DNA of 64,000 nucleotides from the NCBI GenBank assembly GCA_017539905.1, contig JAFYBZ010000022.1:77191-141190 (forward strand), read 5' to 3'. Under the pieces are notes generated by a model. It was given only the letters and a program-made list of their open reading frames with translations. It had not been told where the DNA came from and did not search any database. The position numbers were made by a program, and so were the translations under genes. Source of the stretch: Clostridia bacterium (lineage in GTDB: Bacteria > Bacillota > Clostridia > TANB77 > UBA1234). Below, piece by piece: positions 32,628 to 41,954 of the stretch (position 1 is the first letter of the stretch; each line of letters begins with the position of its first letter).

Positions 32628-33044
32628 TGATACAAGGAGACGTCCATTGTTTGTGTCAAATAGGGACAACTCTTTTTGACGTTACATAAATAATAAAGCC
32701 ATTTCTTTGCTTTGAGGCAAGAGGTGGCTTTTATTTGACTTTACTATTTTTCTTGTAGCATTACGGCGAAAATAATTGAAGGATTGAAATTTATGGATTT
32801 ACCACAGCTATTAATGGATGGTTCTTTAGATGAGCTTAAGTATGATTATGAGAAATGAAGAATAAGATAGTAGATACGAGGTGTTCAAAATGAAGAAAGG
32901 ATAAATTGTTACTGGTATTATTGCTTCTTTAGCTTTGGGGTATTCTTAGTTTGAGAATTCTAAATTTTTAGTGAAATTAATCAATCTATGATATAATAAT
33001 ACACATAATGTACTAACACTTATTCTTTAAAGTGAGGGATTGAT

Positions 33045-33740
33045 GTGGAATTAAGAAAAGTTGAAAGTAAAGAAGAAATTCAAGAATTATATAAACAATG
33101 TAGATTTATTGATGATGCTCTTGATACTGATGTTTATGCTTTATATGACTCAGATGATCCAAAGACTGTTTTTACTTTAAAAAGAATTGGTGATTCTATG
33201 CAACCTATATCAACAATAAGACAATTAGACTTTGAAACAAAACCAGAAGCACAAGGACATGGCTATGCAACCCAAGGCTTTGAAAAAATGATTGTAGTAA
33301 TCACATCTAGAGCAGATATAAGTGAAGTTTATATTGATGCCGCAAATCCTCTTTCTGCAAAGATAGCAGAAAGATTTGGCATTGAAAGTGCTGAAGCTGG
33401 AAGATATGTTATTAAAAATCCTAATTTTGATATTAATTATGAAATCGTATGCAATATGATTAAAAGTGGTGTTGATGAAAAAGAAATAAGAGCCTTTGCT
33501 AGTTCAAAAGGTTTATCATCATCATTAATTGATAAGTGGATAGCAATTCAAAAAGAATTGCCGCAAATAGAAAGTCAAGGCGATGAAATTCCAATTTTTA
33601 CTCCTCCAAGTCCAGAACAACAATCTAAAACTGTTTTAGAAGAAAGTCAAATCACATTGGCTAAATTAAAATCAAATATACAGGCAAACAGAGGAAAAAC
33701 TAATGAAATAGGGACACCCCCTTTTGACTTTAATAAATAG
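33045..33740 (+). CDS. GNAT-like N-acetyltransferase domain protein with C-terminal extension
   Basis: GTG start after GAGGG. AQGHGYATQGFEKMI resembles GNAT motif A, then ANPLSAKIAERFG. Confidence 0.45.
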   Translation: MELRKVESKEEIQELYKQCRFIDDALDTDVYALYDSDDPKTVFTLKRIGDSMQPISTIRQLDFETKPEAQGHGYATQGFEKMIVVITSRADISEVYIDAANPLSAKIAERFGIESAEAGRYVIKNPNFDINYEIVCNMIKSGVDEKEIRAFASSKGLSSSLIDKWIAIQKELPQIESQGDEIPIFTPPSPEQQSKTVLEESQITLAKLKSNIQANRGKTNEIGTPPFDFNK

Positions 33741-33801
33741 ATTAGAAGCAAAACACATTTTTATGGTATTATTGCATCGAGAAACAATTGGAGGTTATAT
33801 T

Positions 33802-34515
33802 ATGAAAAAAATATTATTACTAGCTATTATATCTATTTTTGCCATTATTCTATCAGCATGTGGCCCTAAAGTTGGCAAAACAAATAGAGAAGAAATCAAG
33901 CCATCTGGAGATGTAGAACGTATTGAAGTAACAGAAGAAGAAATCACAACTATTCCAGTTGTCGATTTAAGTAAGCTTTCTGTGAAACACGATGTTGATT
34001 ATAGAATGGGAACAATTGAAGATCCTGTTAAAATTGGCGAATTTGGTCGTGGAACTTCACTTTGCATTTATAGTGGAGATGAGTATGGTTCTTATGGTTA
34101 TGATATTTATTTGAAGGTTACCGGCCGTATGACCGATGAAGAAGTTGACGAATTTATGAATAATTTTCGTAAGAATCATCCAGAAAAGGAAATTGACGAT
34201 AATTTTGTCTTTATGGGTGTGAATTTTGAAGTTGATTTTAATGGTCATCCAGATTTGGCACAAGCATATAGCTTGGGCTTGGATCAAAGATTAGAGAACT
34301 TGCCATTTATTTCTATTGAGAGTAAAAAATTTAGTCTTTTGAATGGATTAATTATCAAAGCGACAATTGATGATGAGCATATCGAAGATAATCATTTTCA
34401 AATTATTTTCTCTCAGTTTAAAGAAAAAGATGAGCATCCCTTACTAAAAGTCATTTGCTTTAAAGGCGACTCACTTGATAGAGAAGAAGAAACATATTGT
34501 TATTACGAAATGTAA
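33802..34515 (+). CDS. lipoprotein, function unknown
   Basis: ATG 33802 after GGAGG. MKKILLLAIISIFAIILSAC is a lipobox. Confidence 0.7.
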   Translation: MKKILLLAIISIFAIILSACGPKVGKTNREEIKPSGDVERIEVTEEEITTIPVVDLSKLSVKHDVDYRMGTIEDPVKIGEFGRGTSLCIYSGDEYGSYGYDIYLKVTGRMTDEEVDEFMNNFRKNHPEKEIDDNFVFMGVNFEVDFNGHPDLAQAYSLGLDQRLENLPFISIESKKFSLLNGLIIKATIDDEHIEDNHFQIIFSQFKEKDEHPLLKVICFKGDSLDREEETYCYYEM

Positions 34516-34518
34516 TAA

Positions 34519-34556
34519 AAAACAGTGGCGACAAATTTGTCGTCACTGCTTTTTTG
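34519..34556. terminator. bidirectional terminator between convergent genes
   Basis: A-run, cagtggcgaca aatt tgtcgtcactg, T-run. Confidence 0.7.
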
Positions 34557-35747
34557 TTATCCACCTGCTTTTGCAAGTAGTTCTTTCTTTTGTTCTTCGT
34601 CGAAGAATGCATGACTAAGCCGCTTTTCTTCATACATTCGTTCATCGGCTTTACTCATGACTTCCTTAAGTGTAAGATATTCTTCTTCGGGAGGTGAGTT
34701 GGGATCATCTTTTGAATAATAGATTCCAAAACCCTGCGAAGCACCATACTTTAAGAATTTTCTTCTTTCGGTTCTCCGAACAAATTCTTGCTCGAATTCA
34801 CTCATTAGATTTTTCATTACTTCGTATCGGCCCTGTTCTTCGTTTAGAAGCTTTTCAAATGCTTTTTTCTTCATTATTATGCAGAACTCGTCACCGCCGA
34901 TTCTAAAGCAATATGCATATTTGCCATATACTTGCTTTATTATCTCCGCAGTTATTCTGATTAATGCATCGCCATATTTATGGCCCAAGGTGTCATTGAC
35001 CCATTTTAATTTATTGACGTCGATGATTACTACTCCTGTTGTGTATTTGATTTTTTCAACCATCACTTCAAAAGTAGAACGGTTAAGTAGGCCAGTCAGC
35101 TGCTCAACTTTCATAAATGTATTTATGTTGTTATAAATGATTAATTGGAAGGCTATAGTAATTACAAGATAGTCATAGTTGGTATGCACGTATAACACTC
35201 GTAACAAAACTCCAACCATGATAAACCCAAATATAAACCACATAAACACAATATTGTTCGATTGCCTCGTTTTTGCAGAGTGAATCGCACCCAATACCAT
35301 GAAAATTGTTAGAGTAATCAGTACAACAGTGAAAACAACTGCATAAAAGTTTCTTTGATACGCATTGTTTTCATCAATCAATGAGAGAGAAGGCACAAAT
35401 AAAGTTAAAAGATTGCAAAAAAAATTGATGGATATAAGTACATATGCATATATTTGAATTTTGTTCCAGAATGCGGTTCTAGAAGTATACTTAGCTGTCA
35501 AAAAGGTAATGACTGTAAGCAATGCACATTCCATTGATTTTACAAGCTTGTGGAGTTCGACATATTCGTTTGGGGCTCCTGTAAGGTAGAGTTCAATACA
35601 GTCTATAATGACGCCGAGCATTATGATTGTATCGAGTACTAAAAAGTTATGTTTCCGTTCATCTACCAAGACAACACTTTCTTTTAAGTAGATGATGCTA
35701 CCAACAAGTGAAATCAAACAAATTATAGCCATAACCAAAGGTTCCAT
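34557..35747 (-). CDS. membrane-anchored diguanylate cyclase (GGDEF)
   Basis: ATG 35747 after AGGAGG. About 7 TM segments, then LTGLLNRSTF...RIGGDEFCI. No RxxD I-site seen upstream of GGDEF. Confidence 0.88.
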   Translation of the reverse strand: MEPLVMAIICLISLVGSIIYLKESVVLVDERKHNFLVLDTIIMLGVIIDCIELYLTGAPNEYVELHKLVKSMECALLTVITFLTAKYTSRTAFWNKIQIYAYVLISINFFCNLLTLFVPSLSLIDENNAYQRNFYAVVFTVVLITLTIFMVLGAIHSAKTRQSNNIVFMWFIFGFIMVGVLLRVLYVHTNYDYLVITIAFQLIIYNNINTFMKVEQLTGLLNRSTFEVMVEKIKYTTGVVIIDVNKLKWVNDTLGHKYGDALIRITAEIIKQVYGKYAYCFRIGGDEFCIIMKKKAFEKLLNEEQGRYEVMKNLMSEFEQEFVRRTERRKFLKYGASQGFGIYYSKDDPNSPPEEEYLTLKEVMSKADERMYEEKRLSHAFFDEEQKKELLAKAGG

Positions 35748-35891
35748 AATTACCTCCTTCTTGTCGCGAGTAATTTTAAACAAAATTAGTCGGTTATTAT
35801 AGTAATAGTTACACGATTATGTTAACATAAAATTTGAGGTTAGTCAATGATAATTTATTGGAATTTAGGAGTAAATGGGGAATCACGCAAG

Positions 35892-35920
35892 TTGACATAA
35901 AACACAATTTGTTGTATAAT
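35892..35920 (+). promoter_or_regulatory. consensus sigma-A promoter
   Basis: TTGACA, 17 nt, TATAAT. Confidence 0.7.
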
Positions 35921-35959
35921 ATTAGTTGGTATTCCAATATTTTATAAAGGAGTGATTGG

Positions 35960-36382
35960 ATGTCTTCGGCTAGCTCAAAGGGTTCGTTTCAGGTCATGTA
36001 TATTGGTGGTCGGCAGAAGAATTCTTTTCTTAAGGTAGGGAAGATTTACAATGTTTCTTCTGTTTCCGGCTCCAAGGACTACACGATGTATCGTTTGAAG
36101 GAGCTCAATGGTGAGTATCCCAAGGATGGATTCGTCAAGGTGTGCAGGCGAGAAGGCCCGTTTTCTTTGCTTGGTAAAGAACTCCCGAAGGTGGGCGAAA
36201 GTTTTTCCGCATTCACTGGAAGCCTGGATAAGAATGGCGACTGTGAGCTGCTCCGGTCGTCCGAGGTCCTGTTTGTGGTGCCGCAGTCTCCGATGGACAA
36301 GATTTTTCGTAGAGTGAAGGTGCTTACCAAGCACATGTCTGGACTCGGAGGTCTTGCAAGCCTGTATGAGCTGCACTACTAA
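35960..36382 (+). CDS. hypothetical protein encoded by a GC-rich insert (140 aa)
   Basis: GGAG RBS, own promoter and terminator. About half G+C by eye against AT-rich flanks. Three other overlapping track ORFs are GC artefacts. Confidence 0.55.
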   Translation: MSSASSKGSFQVMYIGGRQKNSFLKVGKIYNVSSVSGSKDYTMYRLKELNGEYPKDGFVKVCRREGPFSLLGKELPKVGESFSAFTGSLDKNGDCELLRSSEVLFVVPQSPMDKIFRRVKVLTKHMSGLGGLASLYELHY

Positions 36383-36390
36383 TCAATTGG

Positions 36391-36422
36391 CAAGCACCGG
36401 TTAATTCCGGTGCTTGTTTTTT
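36391..36422 (+). terminator. rho-independent terminator
   Basis: caagcaccgg ttaatt ccggtgcttg plus T6. Confidence 0.85.
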
Positions 36423-36509
36423 AATTCGCATAATTCATCCAAATTGACATTATATTTTTATTGTGTTACCATCTTTTAGAATTATAAATTTTACAAGAAG
36501 GTTGGTGCT

Positions 36510-37010
36510 ATGCTAAAGAAGATTATATATATTTTACTGATTGTTATTTGGTGTGCTGTTATTTTCTTTTTGTCCAATATGTCTGCTTTAGAATCTGGTA
36601 GCAAAAGCAAAGAATTTCTTAAGAATGTGACGGTTTTTTCTACGGGATTTGCTTATAAAGTAGGGATTTTGGACCATGTTCCATCTGCAAAAAGTGTTGA
36701 TAACTTTGTAAATCGATATCATACACCTTTTAGGAAAGCCTGTCATGCCAGCGAATTCTTTGTTTTGGCAACAATATTAATGTTTGCTATTCGAAAAAAT
36801 ACAAAGTTTTCGCTAAGAACTTCAGCTCTTATTACTTTGGGAATATGTTTTTTGTATAGTGCAACAGATGAAATTCATCAGATTTTCGTTAAAGGGCGTG
36901 GAGCAGCATTTGTTGACTGCCTAATTGATACTGCTGGATCTATTCTGGCAGTAGTGATTTATTATTTAGCCAAAATGATAAATATTGAATTGAATAAAAA
37001 GCGAGCATAA
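36510..37010 (+). CDS. VanZ-family membrane protein
   Basis: FRKACHASEFFVLATIL...DEIHQIF...DCLIDTAG. Paralog of 20786..21299. Confidence 0.8.
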   Translation: MLKKIIYILLIVIWCAVIFFLSNMSALESGSKSKEFLKNVTVFSTGFAYKVGILDHVPSAKSVDNFVNRYHTPFRKACHASEFFVLATILMFAIRKNTKFSLRTSALITLGICFLYSATDEIHQIFVKGRGAAFVDCLIDTAGSILAVVIYYLAKMINIELNKKRA

Positions 37011-37180
37011 TACGATAATATGTTCGCTTTTTTATGCGAATTTGGCGACTGGTTACCGTCTCAAAAAAGCCATTACTAATTCCCTAAAAATGTAAACTTT
37101 ACACTTGTTTTTTTATGTCAATTATAGTATAATTTCTAAGCACGAAGTGCGTTTACATAAATTATAAAGGAGTTTGCAAA

Positions 37181-37948
37181 ATGGAAGAAGAAATTGACCT
37201 AATTGATCTTTTATTAACTTTCTGGAAAAGAAAGTTTTGGATAATTCTTCTTGTTGCTTTTGGTGCTTTCATTGGTATCATCTACACAAGATTTATTATT
37301 GTACCTAAATATTCTTCATCAGTTACATTAATTCTTGCCAAGGCTAACAACAATGCAACTACAATTACTCAAGCTTTGACTTATGATGGTGAAGAGGCTA
37401 TTACACAATCAGATATTACTCTTAACCAAAAATTAATTTCTACATACGCAGAGATTATGAAGAGTAGAAGAGTATGTGAAGAAGTTAAAGCCAACTTAAA
37501 TCTTGAAATGAATTATGAATTAGTAAGGGATGCAATTGATGTTGCATCTGTTAAAGATACAGATGTTATTAAAGTAACTGTTACTACTAAGGATGCAAGT
37601 CTTTCTAAAAAGATTGCTACTGAATTAGTAAATTCATTTACTAACGAGGTTGATCGTATCTACAACATTCAAAATGTTAAGATATTAGATGTTGCTCAAG
37701 TAGATGATAAGCCAGTTAACATCAGCTATCCTAAGAATATAATTATCTTTGCATTGATTGGTGCTGTTATCGCATTTGGTATTATTTTCTTGCAATACTA
37801 TTTTGATAACACAATTAAGAACCAAGAAACAATTACTAAGACAATTAATCTTCCAGTGCTTGCAACAATTCCTAAGATAGATCAAAACAATGTAAATGAC
37901 GGTTTGTACTCTAACGAGAAAAGAGGTGGCACAAAGAATGGAAAATAA
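37181..37948 (+). CDS. polysaccharide chain-length determinant / tyrosine-kinase modulator (Wzz, CpsC/YwqC-like)
   Basis: EEEIDLIDLLLTFWKRKFWIILLV, plus a second TM segment near the C-terminus. Confidence 0.85.
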   Translation: MEEEIDLIDLLLTFWKRKFWIILLVAFGAFIGIIYTRFIIVPKYSSSVTLILAKANNNATTITQALTYDGEEAITQSDITLNQKLISTYAEIMKSRRVCEEVKANLNLEMNYELVRDAIDVASVKDTDVIKVTVTTKDASLSKKIATELVNSFTNEVDRIYNIQNVKILDVAQVDDKPVNISYPKNIIIFALIGAVIAFGIIFLQYYFDNTIKNQETITKTINLPVLATIPKIDQNNVNDGLYSNEKRGGTKNGK

Positions 37949-38669
37949 TGAATACAAAAATAATGTTATATCTTTTTTAAATCCAAAATCTATTGTGTCA
38001 GAAAGCTTTAGAGCTCTTCGTACAAACTTAGAATTTTCTATGTCACAAGACAACAAAAAGGTTATACTATTTACTAGCTCACATGTTAGTGAAGGAAAAT
38101 CTTCTTGTGCGGCTAACTTAGCTGCTGTTTTTGCTATGCAAGGTAAAAAGACTTTGCTAATTGATGCCGATATGAGAAGAGGTGTTCAACACAAGAATTT
38201 CGGAGTTGAAAAACAAAATGGTCTTTCTAACTTTTTATCTAACGTTGGATTTAAGACTCAAGGATTTTTCAAACCAACAGATATTAGCAACTTAGTTGTT
38301 ATTACTTGCGGTACAACTCCACCAAATCCAGCTGAACTTTTATCATCACATAGATTCAAAAAATTATTAGAAGACTACAAGTCATTCTATGATATTATAA
38401 TTATTGATGGTGCTCCTGTTCTTCCAGTAACTGACTCAGTTATCGTTGCACCATTAGTTGATAAAATTGTTATCGTTGCAGCTTATGGTGAGACACATAA
38501 AGACGAATTAAAACTTGTTAAGACAACATTAGAAAACAGTGGTGGAGACATCGCTGGTCTTGTTCTAAATAAAGTTGATTCTCGTACTTCTGGTTACAGC
38601 AAGTATGGAAAATATAGAAAATACAACAGCAATTATTATGCTTATTATTCAAATGAAGAAAAGAAATAA
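37938..38669 (+). CDS. CpsD/CapB-family protein tyrosine kinase
   Basis: ATG 37938 overlaps the upstream stop. SESFRALRTNLEF, Walker A SSHVSEGKSS, and a C-terminal Tyr cluster YSKYGKYRKYNSNYYAYY. Confidence 0.9.
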   Translation: MENNEYKNNVISFLNPKSIVSESFRALRTNLEFSMSQDNKKVILFTSSHVSEGKSSCAANLAAVFAMQGKKTLLIDADMRRGVQHKNFGVEKQNGLSNFLSNVGFKTQGFFKPTDISNLVVITCGTTPPNPAELLSSHRFKKLLEDYKSFYDIIIIDGAPVLPVTDSVIVAPLVDKIVIVAAYGETHKDELKLVKTTLENSGGDIAGLVLNKVDSRTSGYSKYGKYRKYNSNYYAYYSNEEKK

Positions 38670-38684
38670 TGGAGGTTATTTAAA

Positions 38685-39491
38685 ATGGTAGATATTCATT
38701 GTCATGCTCTTTATGATGTGGACGATGGTTCGAAGTCACTTGATCAAACTGTTAAGATGATTAAGATGGCACGTGAAGCCGGATATCATTCTTTGTGTTT
38801 TACACCACATTATATGGAAGATGGCTACAAAACTTCGAGAGGTATTTTGGAGTCAAAATTACAGATTATTAAAGAAGCTTTGATCCTTGAAAATATTAAT
38901 GATGTTAATTTGTATTTAGGTGAAGAAGTTTATATATTCCCTGAATTGGCCGAGAGACTTGATGAAGTTGTATTATTAAATGATAGTAAATATATTTTGT
39001 TTGAGCTTCCTTTAAATGAGAGAGTCGACTATGTTGATGAAGTAATTTATAAATTACAAGCTCATGGTAAGATTCCTGTATTAGCTCATCCAGAAAGATA
39101 TTTACAATCAAAAGAAAAATTTAGTTTTGTTGAGAACTTAGCTAAAAAAGGCGTGTTGATGCAAATTAATTTAAATTCATTATCTGGTCACTATGGTAAT
39201 GATGCAAAGAAGATTGCTCTTAAAATGCTAAAGAATGACATGGTACAATTTATTGCTACTGATGCTCATTCACAAGCAGGATACTCAATGGCTAAAGAGA
39301 GTATAAATATTTTAAGACAACATGTATCAACAGAAAAAGCTTTTGAATTATTAGAAGAAAATCCTGGATTTGCTTTGGCAAATCTTGAAGTTAAACCTTG
39401 GAACTATACAATTTCAGAAAAGTCTAAAAGAGCAGGAAATTCATTCTTATCTTTTATGAAGACAGTTCCATTTCTACAAAAAATTAAATAG
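38685..39491 (+). CDS. PHP-family protein-tyrosine phosphatase (CpsB/YwqE-like)
   Basis: MVDIHCHALYDVDDGS..., LAHPERY, ATDAHS. Confidence 0.88.
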   Translation: MVDIHCHALYDVDDGSKSLDQTVKMIKMAREAGYHSLCFTPHYMEDGYKTSRGILESKLQIIKEALILENINDVNLYLGEEVYIFPELAERLDEVVLLNDSKYILFELPLNERVDYVDEVIYKLQAHGKIPVLAHPERYLQSKEKFSFVENLAKKGVLMQINLNSLSGHYGNDAKKIALKMLKNDMVQFIATDAHSQAGYSMAKESINILRQHVSTEKAFELLEENPGFALANLEVKPWNYTISEKSKRAGNSFLSFMKTVPFLQKIK

Positions 39492-39502
39492 AGGAGATAT
39501 TG

Positions 39503-40369
39503 ATGAAGAGAATACTTAGTTTAATACTTGTGGTTATTCTCGTGATTCCAAGTTTCTCTTATGCAGCTACTAAAGAAGATGTAATCAACGCAATAAATGC
39601 TACTTATCAAGTTGGTGACTCTTCTTTTAGATTGCCTCAAAAATACATAAATAGAGGTGTAGCATACTTAAATAGTCATCCTTTGACATCTGAGCAATAT
39701 AGCAGAATTTTAGGATGCATTGGTGCAGCTGTAAATTATGCAAGAGAAATTGGACACGTTAGATACAAAGAATATACTAAAGAACAAATTAATAAAGGTT
39801 TGCAATATGTATATGCTGCTTGTGCTGCTGCAGAAGTTAATTTAAATGAAGAGGTCAAAAAGGAAGAGGAGACTGCTCCTGAAAATACTTCTTCTTCAAG
39901 TGCTATTGCTGTTGACATAAATGCTAATACTGAGCAAACTGAAAAAATTAATAAGACTGGTTTACATAATTCCAATGACAAGTTGAATGACAGTGGTGAC
40001 ATTGTTGAAGTAAATGAAGGTACAAGTGGAGAAACCTCTATGTCAGGCGAAATACAGTCAGGAGAAGCTTTTGAAGACCCTTTTGATATTGATGCTTACG
40101 TAGAAAAGTTAGTGTACACAGAGGATGATGTAGATAAAGAAATCAATCAAAAATTATTTATCATTTACTTTTTGGCATTTACCATTTTAATAGTAAATAT
40201 TTTGCTAATTCGCTTGATATTTAAGAAAAAATGGAATAAAATACTCAAAGTCACTTTGATAGTATTGTTTGTAATTATTTCGCTAATTTTAATAGCGGGA
40301 ATTTGTATTTCTTTATACTATATTGAAGAACTTAAACTTATTTACAAATTATATTATCTATTATATTAG
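39503..40369 (+). CDS. hypothetical secreted protein with C-terminal TM anchors
   Basis: Signal peptide MKRILSLILVVILVIPSFSYA. Hydrophobic C-terminal third. Confidence 0.6.
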   Translation: MKRILSLILVVILVIPSFSYAATKEDVINAINATYQVGDSSFRLPQKYINRGVAYLNSHPLTSEQYSRILGCIGAAVNYAREIGHVRYKEYTKEQINKGLQYVYAACAAAEVNLNEEVKKEEETAPENTSSSSAIAVDINANTEQTEKINKTGLHNSNDKLNDSGDIVEVNEGTSGETSMSGEIQSGEAFEDPFDIDAYVEKLVYTEDDVDKEINQKLFIIYFLAFTILIVNILLIRLIFKKKWNKILKVTLIVLFVIISLILIAGICISLYYIEELKLIYKLYYLLY

Positions 40370-40380
40370 GAGGAATTATT

Positions 40381-41763
40381 ATGAAGAAGTTTTTAGTTGC
40401 TTTGTTTATTATCGCTACTGTATGCTCATTCTCTCTAGCTTTTGCTGGTAGATTTTCAGATGTTCCAGATAACATGTGGGCTGCTGAGCAAATCGGAAGA
40501 TGGGCTGACGAAGGTGTTGTTATGGGTTACGAAGATGGCACATATAGACCTTCAAACTTTATTACTAGAGCAGAATTTGCTACTATGATAGTAAAGATGT
40601 TTGAGCCAATTAAGGTTGCTGATTTAGCTAAATACAAAGATGTTAGCAAAGATGATTGGTTCTATGAGAATTTAGCTAAAGCAGTTGCTATGGGATCAAT
40701 CGAAGAAGATACATCTAGTTCAATGAGACCAAACGCATATGTTACAAGACAAGAAGCAGTTGTTATTTTAAATAGTGTATTAAAGTATGCACCTGCATAT
40801 AAAGATGCTATCAAAGATTTCGGTGATTATGATGAAATCGCTGACTATGCTGAAGAAGATGTAGAAGTATTTGCTGAAAGAGATTATGTTGTTGGTTATC
40901 CAGATGGAACATTCAGACCAGCTGACACAATCACAAGAGCAGAAGCTGCTACAATTTTAGATAGAATTTTCAAATTAATTATCAATGTAAAAGGCGAATT
41001 TGATTGCACAGGTATCGGTGTTAACAATGTAATTATTGTTAAAGCTGATAACGTTACATTAAAGAATGCTGATCAAGTTGGAAGAATTATTTTCTTAAAC
41101 GATACAGTTAAGAAGAATTGTAAAGGTATCACAGAAGATGCTAGAAAGAATTCAATTGTTATCAACCCAGGTTCTGGTTCTGATAGCAAGACAACAAGCA
41201 GAACATCATCTTCAGGCGGAAGTTCATCTGGTTCTTCAACATCTAAGATTGCTACATTTACAGTTAAAAAGACTGGAAACAAATTTGCTTTAACAAGAAA
41301 CGGTGTTGCTGCTCAAAATGGCAGAAGATTAAAGATTGTTGTTGACGGTAAAACAGTTGTTAATGAAATCATTAACGAAAAAACTGATTTATTAGGCTTA
41401 TTAGAAGATGTAGCTAATGCTATGAACAATGTTGATGGTACAGCAAGAATAATCAATACACTTGATGAGAAGAGATTCGGTTTCGAAGCTGACGTTGAAG
41501 ATTGGGGTACAGCTACAATCGCTCAAATGGCAATCGACGGAACACTTAAAGTAAAAGATGATGAAGCATTAGCTGGAAACGATGCTAAATCTTACTTAAA
41601 AGCTGATCAAGGAAATGCTCACAACTATGACATCGGTGATGTATATGATGCATTAACAGAAGAAGCTCAAGACACAGTATTCGATACAGCTATGAAAGTA
41701 TTAAAAGACGAAGGCTTAACAAACGCTCAAATCTTAACAGCATTAAACAATTTACCTAAATAA
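40381..41763 (+). CDS. S-layer homology (SLH) domain protein
   Basis: Signal peptide, then three SLH repeats (GYEDGTYRPSNFITRAEFATMI; VTRQEAVVIL; GYPDGTFRPADTITRAEAATIL). Confidence 0.85.
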   Translation: MKKFLVALFIIATVCSFSLAFAGRFSDVPDNMWAAEQIGRWADEGVVMGYEDGTYRPSNFITRAEFATMIVKMFEPIKVADLAKYKDVSKDDWFYENLAKAVAMGSIEEDTSSSMRPNAYVTRQEAVVILNSVLKYAPAYKDAIKDFGDYDEIADYAEEDVEVFAERDYVVGYPDGTFRPADTITRAEAATILDRIFKLIINVKGEFDCTGIGVNNVIIVKADNVTLKNADQVGRIIFLNDTVKKNCKGITEDARKNSIVINPGSGSDSKTTSRTSSSGGSSSGSSTSKIATFTVKKTGNKFALTRNGVAAQNGRRLKIVVDGKTVVNEIINEKTDLLGLLEDVANAMNNVDGTARIINTLDEKRFGFEADVEDWGTATIAQMAIDGTLKVKDDEALAGNDAKSYLKADQGNAHNYDIGDVYDALTEEAQDTVFDTAMKVLKDEGLTNAQILTALNNLPK

Positions 41764-41770
41764 TAATAAA

Positions 41771-41803
41771 TCCCTCGACTTATAAAGTCGGGGGATATTT
41801 TTT
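41771..41803 (+). terminator. rho-independent terminator
   Basis: tccctcgact tataa agtcggggga (one G-T pair) plus T-run. Confidence 0.7.
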
Positions 41804-41808
41804 GCTTG

Positions 41809-41954
41809 TGCAACTGAGGGACGGTTCTCAAGTTGCACGGCGCAACAGGGGGACGGTTCTCAAGTTGCATTGTGCAACTTGAGAACCGTCCCCTGGTTGC
41901 GTAGACCTGTCCCTTGGTTGCTTTGTGCAACTTGAGAACCGTCCCCTAGTTGCA
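41809..41954. repeat. REP-like composite array, 5 units (A A | A' B' A'); the last unit overlaps the uvrB stop
   Basis: About 95 percent identical (hand alignment, about 7 mismatches in 146) to 50244..50389. Confidence 0.92.

Noticed and set aside
35975-36376. Minus-strand 133-aa ORF (and 36079..36336, 36108..36317) in the GC-rich insert.
   Set aside because: Only the plus-strand ORF 35960..36382 has a correctly oriented promoter, RBS and terminator. The others are open by compositional chance.
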